DNA of 63,940 bases, counting the filler, from Octopus bimaculoides (lineage: Eukaryota): assembly GCF_001194135.2 (NCBI RefSeq). It is 8 parts of 7 records of this genome, joined end to end, with 100 filler letters (N's around TTAATTAATTAA, not from the genome) between each part and the next. Parts side by side here need not be neighbours in the genome. Positions count along the whole stretch, not along the records: positions 31,016 to 40,742 come from NC_068990.1; positions 40,843 to 48,606 come from NC_068982.1; positions 48,707 to 55,126 come from NC_068981.1; 5 more parts are not named here. The stretch is one strand, 5' to 3'. Position numbers and translations under genes: made by a program. Shown here in pieces: positions 38,186 through 50,960 of the stretch (the stretch's first letter is position 1; every line of letters begins with the position of its first letter). The notes beneath the pieces were generated by a model. That model did not search any database and was not told the origin of the DNA. It worked only from the letters and a program-made list of their open reading frames with translations.

Positions 38186-38989
38186 TCTTAATTTAGTAAC
38201 ATGGTCCTTAAATGTTCATATACTAAATAAGGTTATGATTAATCCGAGAAACGAAAATGGAAAGAAGTCTAATTAATAACACACCAATGATGACCACATT
38301 GAATTTCCTTTATATCTTTGCCTAGTAGTTTCCCTCTCTTTCTCTCTCTCTCTCTCTTCTTCTTCTCTCTATCACTCCTTTTCTCTCTCTTACTGTGATT
38401 CCTTGAGCAAAATAGTTCTCACATTTCTCCTTGTCCGTAGATGCTTTTTGTTAAATCCAGTACCATCAGCTCAGCATCCTTAGATTGGATCCACTTACCT
38501 ATATCAAGCTGATGACATATACTTTTTTCCATTGAGCTTTTCAGGGAAAAGACAACACTATTTCAGAAAAACTCACCCAAACTAAGTCAACATGGAAAAG
38601 GAGATGAAAACCCATGATGATTATCTCCCAATTTCTCATATTTCTCTTCACATGATATTTCCTTTCAGCAATAGACTTTCCCTTCACCTAATTTATGGTC
38701 AGGTCTTGCCATGTAGCTCTGCTTTAGTCTGACTTCACAACATATTCTACTTATTTTAACCTATGATCTGTTAGTTAATTCACTTCGTGTTGATCTAATG
38801 AGCACTCTATCAAAAAAATCTGGATTTCTTTTCATTAGTTCTGAATGAAAATCCATTCTGAATTTTGCGACAAGTTATAAATCATCATCATCACCACCAC
38901 CACCACCGCTGCTGCCACAGCCGCCTCCACCACTGCCACCACCATCGCCGCCACCGCCACCGCCACTGCCACCACTGCCATCACCGCCA

Positions 38990-39235
38990 CTGCCAACATT
39001 TAATGTCTATTTTCCATGCTGGCAGTTTGGATTGTTTGTCAGCAGCTGGTCAGCCGGAGGGCTGCATTTAAGCTCCTATCGTCTGCTTTGGCATGGTTTC
39101 TACAGTTGGATGCCCTTCCTAATGCCAACCACTTTACAGAGTGTGCTGGGTACTTTTTATGTGCTACTAGCACAGGTGTGTTTTTATGTGGCGCTGGCAT
39201 GATTGCTTATTATGCAAAACCAGTACAAGTGCTTA
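38990..39235 (-). mobile_element. Family D SINE/RTE-tail element
   Basis: tttccatgctggc...ggtttctacagttggatgcccttcctaatgccaaccactttacagagtg is the reverse complement of the family D 3' end. Confidence 0.7.
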
Positions 39236-39776
39236 TCATATGGCACCAAGATACATGCAAGCTTTACATTTCAGTATTTGTTTAGCTGTAGAACTATGAC
39301 AGGGTAACAGGAATCAATGAGGCATCTTCTACAAGATTAGTCAACCTGCAAAAGGAAAGCAGCCAAATTCCTCTCAAACCACATTCTACTATCTTATATG
39401 AGGAAAGGGCGCATTAAACAATGTAGTAGTCCTACATATCTCTTAAAAATAAAAAAAAGACAGGATGGTCACAACTAAAGTTCCTTCGATTATAGGACTG
39501 CTCTACTGAGTTTGTTCTGGGGCTAATCAACAACAGTTTAAGTGATGAAAGAAGCTCACTGCTCCCTGCATGGTGTTTAGACTGCTATTAGTCTTCAGTA
39601 CATACTAGTTTATCAACTACACTGACCTAGAGATGGTGTGAAAAAACACCAGGGAAACTTGAAATATCAGCAGTCTAGCCTGGACATGTTTTACATCTTC
39701 TCCGCATTATTAGTTTTATTGAAATCACTAACTTTGATGGAGTAGTTCATTTATTTTTAACTTTGCTGTTTCCTTC

Positions 39777-39846
<70 letters not shown>

Positions 39847-39952
39847 GGGAGGGAGGGAGAGAGAGGTGGATGGATAGCAATACAGATAGAGATGATAGAT
39901 AGGTAGGTAGATAGGCAGACATGTAAATAAATAGATGTGTGTGTGTATGTGC

Positions 39953-39995
<43 letters not shown>

Positions 39996-40484
39996 AAGAG
40001 GGAGGCAGACAGACAGAGAGACGATAGAGAGAGAGAGAGACAGGTAGACAGACAGATAGATTGTTAGATAGCTCAATAGCTAGATAAGTCATTTTGATTG
40101 ATATAAATGTAGGCAGTAAGGCAAGTAAATAGATACATGTGTGTGTGTATTTGCTGTACAAGTTGATGAAAGAACATCTATGAAGTCACTTGACTTATAG
40201 ACATAGCAATCGATGCCCCCTCAAATTGTGCACTACCAACTAAAAGAAAGGAAGGACATATTCGATAAAGTAGTTCTAAATACACTATGCCTGAATATAT
40301 AAAACTATTATGGTTGCTGAAGCCTTTTATTACTGGTTTGTTCCAATATGGAGTTGTTTGATATGAGATAACATTTCCTATTTCTCTCCCTGTTACCTAT
40401 TTCCTTCAGGTCTGGAATATCCAAGAACTTAATCCATTCCTTGTTAAAAGTTCTGCACTTACATTGGTGCTTATGCCCATCTTT

Positions 40485-40690
40485 TACCTCTTTCAGTCAC
40501 TTGAGTGTGGCCATGCTGGGGCACTGCCTTGAAGGGTTTTAGTAGAACAAATCAGCCATAAGAATTACTTTACTTTTTAAAATCTAGTACTTATTGAATC
40601 TGTCTCTTTTGTTGAACCACTAAGTTACTGGCTAATAAACACACCAACACTTATAACACTTTTTGTCAAACACAGACACAAAGACAAACA
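40485..40690 (-). mobile_element. SINE family B 3' half
   Basis: tttcagtcacttgagtgtggccatgctggggcactgcc...tagtacttatt...ccactaagttac matches 42555-42770. Confidence 0.7.
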
Positions 40691-41654
40691 CACTTAGATA
40701 TATACATATATATACATACATACATGCATCATACATTCATATNNNNNNNNNNNNNNNNNNNNNNNNNNNNNNNNNNNNNNNNNNNNTTAATTAATTAANN
40801 NNNNNNNNNNNNNNNNNNNNNNNNNNNNNNNNNNNNNNNNNNATATATATATATATATATATATATAAACACGTATATACATACTCCAATTTTGCACAGT
40901 TGTCCCACACAGAACTCCTTAACCAATACAGTTGAGGAATAACGTCATCCTTATCATTGAAAAATCTTCTAAATTTTGTGTTTTCCTTCATAAGCTGCAC
41001 AGCCAGTGAAAAGGAGAATATCCTGTTTCCAAACTCTATACTCCACGAATCACACAAACTACACATACATACAGTTCCTGCGTGATAGAACTTCTCCATC
41101 GGTTTCAATGCAAAAATAGCGCCCACTCCTAAGGATATAATTTCCATTATCCTGTGGGATCTAAACTCTGGTACATATACAAATATAATTATTGCGGTTG
41201 TTGTCTCCGCTGTTCAACCACTCTATTTTCATTTATCAACAAGATGTTGATCCCGACGTGATAGAAAGTGTTGTCATCAACATACTTCTGTGAAAGTAGA
41301 GCGAACTGTCTGCAGGCTTGACTGAAAAGTAACAGCACTGTACGTGCTAATATCCACAATTCAGACATGTTTGCCCGAGGTGGAACTTCTGATTTGAATG
41401 GAACTGGTACCGACTTGCGAATCAGGCAGTTTTTGCTCGTTTGTTTTTTGTTGTTTTTTAATCGGCTTATAATTACTCGGTAGCCTTGATTCTAGGAGAG
41501 CGCTTGTGCAGCGAATTGTTAATATTCAAAAGAGAAAAGACTATATTCGTAATGTGCAATATATACGAACTCGAACTCACATACTTGCTATTGCGGTTTT
41601 TTTATTTGAACACCAGCGACTATAGAATCATCACCATTATTCCGTCCACCAGTC

Positions 41655-41860
41655 TAAGGCAGCGAGCTGGCAGAATTGTTAGCAGGGTAGACTAAATGCT
41701 TAGCGATATTCGCCCGTTTTGAGTTCAAATTCCGCCGACGTTGACTTTGCCTTTCATCTTTTCGGGGGACGATAACTTAAGTACCAGTTATGCACTGAGG
41801 TCGATGCAATCGACTTGCACCCTCCCCGACAATTTCAGGCCTTGTGCCTGAAAGGATTAT
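41655..41860 (+). mobile_element. Near-complete SINE family A copy
   Basis: Head ggcagcgagctggcagaattgttagca, B-box gagttcaaattcc, core and 3' ttcaggccttgtgcctgaaaggattatt. Confidence 0.8.
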
Positions 41861-42554
41861 TACGCCCATCAATCGGATTCTGTGGCACCGGCGAAGGTCA
41901 CCGCTTATATTCTCATTTAGAGAAATATGCCACTATTCAAAATTTTCTTTCAAATGGAAATTGTTTCTTGATAATGCTTTGCAAACGAGATTTGAGCTGC
42001 TGCTGCTACTGCAGTCAAACTTATACTAACTGACAATGGCCTAGTTGACAATGGACTAATCTTGGTGCAGAAAATTATGAAAGAAAATGCCAATTCGGTT
42101 TTTCGTTTCTTAATAAACCCTTCAACTCGACGACTCAGGCATTTTCACAGACTGACCTGCAGGCCATGTTAGCAGTAGAGTTAGCTATTTATCATCCAGT
42201 GCTTTACCTATAGCTACACAGCTCACTTATCGGCTACGTTCGACAGTTTTGCCAACTATGCAGCTAACTTATCAGTCATATATACGATAGCTATCCAATT
42301 CGGTTCGTATCTTGATCTTACAATTAGCAGTAATCACCTACCAACAACAAACAATAGCTTGCTTCGAGTTAAAATGTTCATACGTATTGAGTTTTCTCAG
42401 CACGAAACATACCTTTTATATATTTCAGATCCTTTAATTGTTGTCATATCTCTAATTAAGTCTTAATTACCTACAAAGTACTTTCAGAGAGAAACATCTT
42501 GATCTTAGATAACTTGAGGGGTGAACAGAGAGGGTATATTGTATCTGCTCTTTA

Positions 42555-42767
42555 CATATACTCTTTTACTCTTTTACTTGTTTCAGTCATTTGACTGTGG
42601 CCATGCTGGAGCACCGCCTTTAGTCGAGCAAATCGACCCCCAGGACTCATTCTTTGGAAGCCTAGTACTTATTCTATCGGTCTCTTTTGCCGAACCGCTA
42701 AGTTACGGAGATCTGAGCACACCAGCATCGGTTGTCAGGCGATGTTGTGGGGACAAACACAGACACA

Positions 42768-42847
<80 letters not shown>

Positions 42848-42950
42848 CATATATACGACGGGCTTCTTTCAGTTTCCGTCTACCAAATCCACTCACAAGG
42901 CTTTGGTCAGCTCGAGGCTATAGTGGAAGACACTTGCCCAAGGTGCCACA
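42555..42950 (-). mobile_element. SINE family B (CORE-like motif, internal TG/TA microsatellite), 5' truncated
   Basis: Minus strand gtggcaccttgggcaagtgtcttccactatagcctcgag...gtagacggaaactgaaagaagcccgtcg...cagcatggccacagtcaaatgactgaaacaagtaaaagag. Confidence 0.8.
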
Positions 42951-42954
42951 TTGA

Positions 42955-43322
42955 TACATCAGACAGAGTTCATTTTAAATATTTTAAAAGTTATAGAGGT
43001 TCACAACTATTTTTTATCTATGGACCCCTTTGATTACTGTTTTACTCTGGTGACCCCCACCCCAAGCCATTCGATGTTTAAAAACTAGTTTTATAGAAAC
43101 TTCTTTCAAAATTCCTATTTCGCTTTTCACACATTCCCTTGTGGAGGCTGAACTATGTAAAATGTCAGAGAAAGAAACTTAACCGTTTCTTGAAATACAT
43201 ACCAATACTTACATCTAAAGCAAAATGTTTTTCAGGGGCCTTTAAAATATTATTGTAGACCCCCAATTTACTGTTTTGTGATTCCCCCAAAATCTTATAT
43301 GGACCCCGGTTGAGAACTACTG
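42955..43322. mobile_element. hAT-type non-autonomous element, one end visible
   Basis: Ends ggaccccggttgagaactactg, the reverse complement of a CAGT(G/A)GTTCTCAAC-type TIR; repeated subterminal (g/a)gacccc motifs. Confidence 0.5.
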
Positions 43323-44950
43323 TCTTACACAGTTGGGCTCTCTAAAGGTTTTAAACAGCTTCACTAATACAGAGTATTGCATCACACATACAATACAAAT
43401 TAGGTATACAAATTGGGTTTGCTTTTCCTATCCTTTTGTTCCTTACGTTTCGTTTCAGTCCTTTGTGAACCGATGTATGCATAGACACACAAACATACAT
43501 AAACATGTATGTATGTACGTACGTATGTATGTATGTATGCATGCATGCATGTATGTATGTATGTATGCATGTGTGCACGCATTAGTTGATGAATGATAGA
43601 CGAACAAGAGTTACGTAATAACCTTCATTAGCTCACAGTTGTTTCTACTACCAGAAACAGTGCACTCGCATCGACTAATACTCGGTCGTATTCCGTTCAC
43701 GGCTAAATAAGGTTGGTGCCTTCGATTAAAGGTAATCTGAACATATCTGTTTTGTAAGATATGCTTCAGATCCTTCCATTCCACTTTATTTCACTGATAT
43801 AGACATCGTTGACAAAATTTTGATTAATTACATTTATATATCTTAAGGAGTAACCCGTCGTTGTCGGTTAATTTTCACACTAGAATGCCTTGGACTTTCC
43901 TAATTGCACACCTGCATAAGTTGGATTTTCCCCGTTTTGACATGGATATTTTACTACACACTTGCAATGATGGGGGAGGGGGAACGTTTTATGATAAGTA
44001 ATTTTAGGAAATTTATGACCCCCCCACACACACACACTTGCGGAACGATTTTGTCCTTTTTTTTTTTTTTTTTATTTTGCACTACGCACTTAAAAATAAT
44101 CGGAGACGCCTTTTCGGTAAAAAATTCATAAATTTTGGAAAATTTATGAATTTTTTCAAACCCCNNNNNNNNNNNNNNNNNNNNNNNNNNNNNNNNNNNN
44201 NNNNNNNNNNNNNNNNNNNNNNNNNNNNNNNNNNNNNNNNNNNNNNNNNNNNNNNNNNNNNNNNNNNNNNNNNNNNNNNNNNNNNNNNNNNNNNNNNNNN
44301 NNNNNNNNNNNNNNNNNNNNNNNNNNNNNNNNNNNNNNNNNNNNNNNNNNNNNNNNNNNNNNNNNNNNNNNNNNNNNNNNNNNNNNNNNNNNNNNNNNNN
44401 NNNNNNNNNNNNNNNNNNNNNNNNNNNNNNNNNNNNNNNNNNNNNNNNNNNNNNNNNNNNNNNNNNNNNNNNNNNNNNNNNNNNNNNNNNNNNNNNNNNN
44501 NNNNNNNNNNNNNNNNNNNNNNNNNNNNNNNNNNNNNNNNNNNNNNNNNNNNNNNNNNNNNNNNNNNNNNNNNNNNNNNNNNNNNNNNNNNNNNNNNNNN
44601 NNNNNNNNNNNNNNNNNNNNNNNNNNNNNNNNNNNNNNNNNNNNNNNNNNNNNNNNNNNNNNNNNNNNNNNNNNNNNNNNNNNNNNNNNNNNNNNNNNNN
44701 NNNNNNNNNNNNNNNNNNNNNNNNNNNNNNNNNNNNNNNNNNNNNNNNNNNNNNNNNNNNNNNNNNNNNNNNNNNNNNNNNNNNNNNNNNNNNNNNNNNN
44801 NNNNNNNNNNNNNNNNNNNNNNNNNNNNNNNNNNNNNNNNNNNNNNNNNNNNNNNNNNNNNNNNNNNNNAATTAGTTATTAAGATAAATTATCATTTACA
44901 TACCTTTTTTTAAATCACAGTCACGCCAATAAAATTCTTTACACACTGAC

Positions 44951-45019
<69 letters not shown>

Positions 45020-45733
45020 TCAGCGTGAGTGATATACTTTTATAGAGAATGAGAGAGAGAGTGGTAAAATATTGGGAAACGGGGAAAGTTTACGATATGA
45101 AAAACGAAAAATGAAAGAGAAAATATAGAGAGATCTTTTCTGTTGCAGTCACAGATTTTGAAATTTTAAAATCGAATAAAAGTTTTCAATTTTGGTATAT
45201 TGATGTACTTTTTCATGCTGAATTCGAGTTTGTGATTCATCTATTCAAGAAAATATTTTAGAAAAATGTTACAGAGGTTTAAAGTTTCATCATTTTTAAC
45301 CAATCAGAAAACAGGATTTGTAAGCGATAGCTGTAAAATAAAGAAGTAAACATTAGAAGACGAAGTATTAAACAAAATGAAAGCAATGTATGAGAGAAAA
45401 CACGTATACAGAGTGAGTGAAGGAGAAAGAGACGATGGAAAGGCGAGAGAGACAAAGAGTGTGGTAAATAATAAAGAGAGACAGATTCATGGTGACAGTT
45501 AGAGATTTGTAGATCTTAAAGTTGAGTTATTTCTCGTAACAAATTATATTTTTTTCCTATTATTTAGCCACAATATTCTCTTTGGGACGCAGATGTAAAT
45601 CAAATTCGTTTTTCCCGATGCCACACCGTTTCAGAGCCTTTTGGGGCTAAACCACATACATTCGCATTTATATAGTGGATATACATACATGTATATACAC
45701 ATACATAAATATAAACATATACATACGCGAATA

Positions 45734-45777
<44 letters not shown>

Positions 45778-46109
45778 NNNNNNNNNNNNNNNNNNNNNNN
45801 NNNNNNNNNNNNNNNNNNNNNNNNNNNNNNNNNNNNNNNNNNNNNNNNNNNNNNNNNNNNNNNNNNNNNNNNNNNNNNNNNNNNNNNNNNNNNNNNNNNN
45901 NNNNNNNNNNNNNNNNNNNNNNNNNNNNNNNNNNNNNNNNNNNNNNNNNNNNNNNNNNNNNNNNNNNNNNNNNNNNNNNNNNNNNNNNNNNNNNNNNNNN
46001 NNNNNNNNNNNNNNNNNNNNNNNNNNNNNNNNNNNNNNNNNNNNNNNNNNNNNNNNNNNNNNNNNNNNNNNNNNNNNNNNNNNNNNNNNNNNNNNNNNNN
46101 NNNNNNNAT

Positions 46110-46280
46110 ATATACACACACAAATATACGACGGGCTTCTTTCAGTTTCCGCTCACAAGGCTTTGGTCGGCCCGAGGCTATAGTAGAAGACACTTGCCGA
46201 AGGTGCCACGCAGTGGGACTGAACCCGGAACCATGTGGTTGGTAAGCAAGCTATTTACCACACAGCCACTCCTGCGCCTA
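46110..46280 (-). mobile_element. SINE family B 5' half (related heads at 3125-3195 and 47775-47838)
   Basis: Minus strand ggcgcaggagtggctgtgtggtaaatagcttgcttaccaaccacatggttccgggttcagtcccactgcgtggcacc (tRNA-like A/B boxes). Confidence 0.8.
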
Positions 46281-46289
46281 TATGTATTT

Positions 46290-46712
46290 CGTATATATTT
46301 CGTTTTGGGATTTGGTTTGCAAGATTCTATATGTGAGTTCGTGTGATGAAGCATATTTTGTTGTGTCTGGGGGGAGTCATTCTCTTTTTGTGCCTTATTA
46401 TTTAACACACTCACTGGTAAAGTTTTAACTCATTTACTTATTTATTTTTCCTAAAATTTTCGTTGCGTCTTGCATGATTACCTGCTACGTATATTTCGTA
46501 TTTAGTACTGGGGATGTTTCATTCATGAGGACGTACTCCTGTATTTGCCTGAGTGTTGGGTCCTTTGGGTGCTTGGATTAAAATACGGATGTCAAGTTGA
46601 CCCAGATTGTCTCCATGTTGGTCCTTGGCATGTTGGTAGAGTATGGAGGACTCTCTTTGTCGTCATATTCTCTCAAATGTTCATAGGAAATATACGTAGT
46701 AGGTAATCATAC
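46290..46712 (-). mobile_element. Penelope-like element 3' fragment (GIY-YIG C-terminus) with an inverted terminal copy
   Basis: Frameshift-corrected minus-strand reading EHLREY...SSILYQHAKDQHGDNLGQLDIRIL...PKDPTLRQIQEYVLMNETSPVLNTKYT*; 28-bp inverted repeat 46474-46501 / 46683-46710. Confidence 0.6.
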
Positions 46713-46784
46713 CCCCATCCCCACTGTTTATGTTTATATGCAGGTAGAATACTTAGTGAAGATGCGCGCGCGTGCGCGTGTGTG

Positions 46785-46926
46785 TTATTTCTTTATTGCC
46801 CACAAGGGGATACACACAGAGGGGACAAACAAGGACAGACAAACGGATTAAGTCGATCATATCGACCCCAGTGCGTAACTGGTACTTATTTACTCGACCC
46901 CGAAAGAATGAAAAGCAAAGTCGACC
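46785..46926 (-). mobile_element. SINE family A 3' half
   Basis: Reverse complement of the 3' half of the 50035-50256 copy. Confidence 0.8.
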
Positions 46927-47834
46927 NNNNNNNNNNNNNNNNNNNNNNNNNNNNNNNNNNNNNNNNNNNNNNNNNNNNNNNNNNNNNNNNNNNNNNNNNN
47001 NNNNNNNNNNNNNNNNNNNNNNNNNNNNNNNNNNNNNNNNNNNNNNNNNNNNNNNNNNNNNNNNNNNNNNNNNNNNNNNNNNNNNNNNNNNNNNNNNNNN
47101 NNNNNNNNNNNNNNNNNNNNNNNNNNNNNNNNNNNNNNNNNNNNNNNNNNNNNNNNNNNNNNNNNNNNNNNNNNNNNNNNNNNNNNNNNNNNNNNNNNNN
47201 NNNNNNNNNNNNNNNNNNNNNNNNNNNNNNNNNNNNNNNNNNNNNNNNNNNNNNNNNNNNNNNNNNNNNNNNNNNNNNNNNNNNNNNNNNNNNNNNNNNN
47301 NNNNNNNNNNNNNNNNNNNNNNNNNNNNNNNNNNNNNNNNNNNNNNNNNNNNNNNNNNNNNNNNNNNNNNNNNNNNNNNNNNNNNNNNNNNNNNNNNNNN
47401 NNNNNNNNNNNNNNNNNNNNNNNNNNNNNNNNNNNNNNNNNNNNNNNNNNNNNNNNNNNNNNNNNNNNNNNNNNNNNNNNNNNNNNNNNNNNNNNNNNNN
47501 NNNNNNNNNNNNNNNNNNNNNNNNNNNNNNNNNNNNNNNNNNNNNNNNNNNNNNNNNNNNNNNNNNNNNNNNNNNNNNNNNNNNNNNNNNNNNNNNNNNN
47601 NNNNNNNNNNNNNNNNNNNNNNNNNNNNNNNNNNNNNNNNNNNNNNNNNNNNNNNNNNNNNNNNNNNNNNNNNNNNNNNNNNNNNNNNNNNNNNNNNNNN
47701 NNNNNNNNNNNNNNNNNNNNNNNNNNNNNNNNNNNNNNNNNNNNNNNNNNNNNNNNNNNNNNNNNNNNNNNNGCATTAAGTGCCACGCAGTGGGACTGAA
47801 CCCAGAACCATGTGGCTGGAAAGAAAGCTTCTTA

Positions 47835-47884
<50 letters not shown>

Positions 47885-48237
47885 ATATATAGGTACTTAA
47901 GTTAAATCCCATCTGTTTCCTCTTGAAGCATATCTGCTTACTCCATTTTCATAATCCAATATGTGGCCATGAATGTTAGTAAAAATACATATTAAATTTG
48001 AAATATTTTATTATAACCAAACAAGAAAGTGGATATTTTTTGGTATTATTTAATCTCGATTTCACGTATTTCAAACGTAAATGTAAAGAATTTCCTATTA
48101 GGAATTCGTCAGACAGAAATTCCTTACATGTCTATGTAACATGTAAATATTTGTGATTCCTATTAGCAAATGAAACACGTGTAATGGTGAAGAAATGAAA
48201 CTAAAAATTACCACTTCTCTGTTTTGTTGTTCACACA

Positions 48238-48300
<63 letters not shown>

Positions 48301-48481
48301 GTACTGGTGGGTGTAAGAGATGAAACAGCTGAAAATGTACTACATATGTTTCCAACAGAAACTGAACGGAAGTTATGCAGTATAATGAACAGAGATTTCA
48401 TTACATTCTGTGGCGTTTATATTTGTAGTTAAATTACATGTACGTGTGTTTGTATCTATCTATCTATCTATCTATCTATAA

Positions 48482-48535
<54 letters not shown>

Positions 48536-48706
48536 ATATAAACATACATATATATATATCAATATATATATACATATGCATACATAAATACATACATATA
48601 TATATANNNNNNNNNNNNNNNNNNNNNNNNNNNNNNNNNNNNNNNNNNNNTTAATTAATTAANNNNNNNNNNNNNNNNNNNNNNNNNNNNNNNNNNNNNN
48701 NNNNNN

Positions 48707-49210
48707 ATCGAGTTCCAGATTATCTTTGCAATTTCGGCTGGTTATACTCGAGATTGCTCCAATATGGCCAGCCCCAAGGAAAAACTAAGCTAAGAGCATC
48801 ATATTCCTTGGAAGAAAGCAGCGAATGTATACAAAAACAAGGACGAAAAAAAAACGAACAATGTTACACAAATACAATAAAAATAATAACAACAGGTGTC
48901 TTTCGACTAAGGACGAATTAAATTAAGCTGGCGTGTGTGGAAATAAAGCCTTACGGCAGGGATACAAGATTTCACAGGCACATATTTCTGAAAACTTATA
49001 AAGCATCATAATTTCTCACATCCTTGAATTTTTTCTATGAATTAAAGTATTTTGAGATTTACATTCAACATTTCTTTCCAGTATTTAATATATTCATCGT
49101 CGTCCTCCTTCCGAGTAGTTCAAAATACTGTATTGCAATAAAGAGACATTTACAGCATCTTTTGAGAATGCTCCTTCTCTCAAAGAAACATAACATTTTA
49201 AAACCTTAAG
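48707..49210 (-). mobile_element. Possible Penelope-like 3' remnant
   Basis: Minus-strand LCFFERRSILKRCCKCL...LLGRRTT only weakly resembles the CxLCxxEKxxIL...LLNKRSE PLE terminus. Confidence 0.3.
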
Positions 49211-49282
49211 TAACGTCACTCACTTGGTGAGTCTAGGCAACTACATGTTGTTGTTTAACTCTTGATGAATTTATCAAGAGAT

Positions 49283-49585
49283 GGCACACCGTCGGTTACG
49301 ACGATGAGGGCTCCAGTTGATCAGATCAACGGAACAGCCTGCTCATAAAATTAACGTGCATGTGGCTTAGCACCCCACCAGACACGTGTACCCTTAACGT
49401 AGTTCTCAGGGAGATTCAGCGTGACACAGTAATACAAGTACTATTCATTTTTGCCAGCTAAGAGACTGGAGCAACGTGAAATAAAGTGTCTTGCTCGAGG
49501 ATACAACGTGTCGCCGGGAATCGAACTCACGACCTTGCGATAGTGAGCCAAATTCCCTAGTCACTAAGCTATGCGCCTTCACAGG
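49283..49585 (-). mobile_element. tRNA-derived SINE family C, complete
   Basis: Minus-strand head gaaggcgcatagcttagtgactaggg...gtcgtgagttcgattcccggcgac; body shared with 10645 and 53325. Confidence 0.8.
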
Positions 49586-49694
49586 TGAATTTATAGAGAA
49601 CAGCTATATGAGCAGAAGTGTCCATTGTGTCCATTTACGAAAGAGAGTAGTAGCGATGACACTAAAAGTTATACCAGCTAATTATGGGCAAGTG

Positions 49695-50960
49695 ATAGAG
49701 GTGAGTGTGGTATAATGGGTCAGTGGGGCATAATGGGTCCTTTGTCAAATTTTCATTTTTTCCCAACTCCAAATCAGGAAGTATGATATAGCAGCTATTA
49801 TGAATTGCATCATCCCTCCTGTTCATATAAATGCTGTATTCTTCCTGATGATTTCTTTTCAAGTCCTTCATTCTGGTTTACAGCCCTCAGTCTCTAGACC
49901 AACCAATTTTTTATCGTCAAACAAAAAACTTAGCAGTGCGGCAAGACGAAATACCGCAGATTTGGAGTTTTTGCACTAGAGGTATTTTCACAGTATCTTC
50001 TTTGCCTATATTATATTGACTTATATTGACTTATAGGCGAGAAACGTTAGGGAGCCGGGCGAGATGCTTAGCAGTATTTCGTCTGCCGTTACGTTCTGAG
50101 TTCACATTCCGCCGAGGTCGACTTTGCCTTTCATCCTTTCGGGGTCGATAGATAAAGTACCAGTTACGCACTGGGATCGATGTAATCGACTTAATCCCTT
50201 TGTCTGTCTTTGTCTGTCCCCTCTATGTTTAGCCCCTTGTGAGCAGTAAAGAAATATATATTATATTGACTTAAGGAAATATTCTTTGAAATTCTAAACT
50301 CCGAGGAAATTCTAAAGTGGGGCATAATGGGTCACTTAAGATATAGTACATAGGCTTCTACAAGTAGGAAATATATGCCAGTATATGAAAATGTTTTAGC
50401 AGCATTGTTTCATGTAATTATTGATATTTACACTGAATTAAGATTGAGGCGGAGAGCATACAGCAAAAAATGCACCAAAGAAGCAACAACAGTCTAACAA
50501 TGGAAATGAAGAATAGTCATTTGATTCAAAATGACAAATAGTGCAGATTGGGACAAGAGTGATGGTGACCATGATAGTGCAGATGATTCGGTGGAAGAGA
50601 GCTAAGTGCTCCATCTGCAAGAGATTCTGCAGCAAATACAAAGGCAAGAAGAGCGAAGTTTGATTGCTGGGTGACCTTTGTGATGATAATGTTTACCCTG
50701 AGTGTATTCCAAGGGGAACAGATGTTAACCAGGAGCTCTTCTGCAATAAGTGTACAGTTTAACCTGGACTCCGTGTGCCGAATGGAGGACTTCATGTTGA
50801 TTGATTTAACCTTCAAAGTGACTGTTGTTCTGTAAACATTATTTTGTTGTTGTTTCTTGCTTTAAAAAAAATAAAATAAAGATTAAGTCTATTTAACTTC
50901 GATTGTTTCTCATGTTTCATTATGGATTGTTTTCAATCAATAAAGATGAAAACACCTGCA
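49695..50960 (+). mobile_element. pogo/Tc1-like non-autonomous DNA element with a decayed PHD finger
   Basis: Repeated end motif gtggggcataatgggtc (about 49706-49740, again about 50318). 50604-50762 reads KCSICKRFC...*LLGDLCDDNVYPEC...FCNKC. Right TIR not found. Confidence 0.45.
50035..50256 (+). mobile_element. SINE family A insertion with 17-bp target-site duplication
   Basis: tatattatattgactta at 50007-50023 and 50257-50273. Confidence 0.85.

Noticed and set aside
37627-38191. Poly-Thr/Ala mucin-like, poly-Val and poly-Leu ORFs (also 21034-21402 and His-rich 38865-39071)
   Set aside because: Trinucleotide microsatellites open in all frames; no flanking exon structure.
38508-38560. Isolated CTGATGA hammerhead-like core (also CTGACGA at about 625-631 on the - strand)
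   Set aside because: No stem II followed by GAAA and no stem I/III pairing.
40791-41147. 118-aa minus-strand ORF (…RRFFNDKDDVIPQLYWLRSSVWDNCAKLE…)
   Set aside because: No recognisable motif, poor acceptor, and it ends in a microsatellite and gap.
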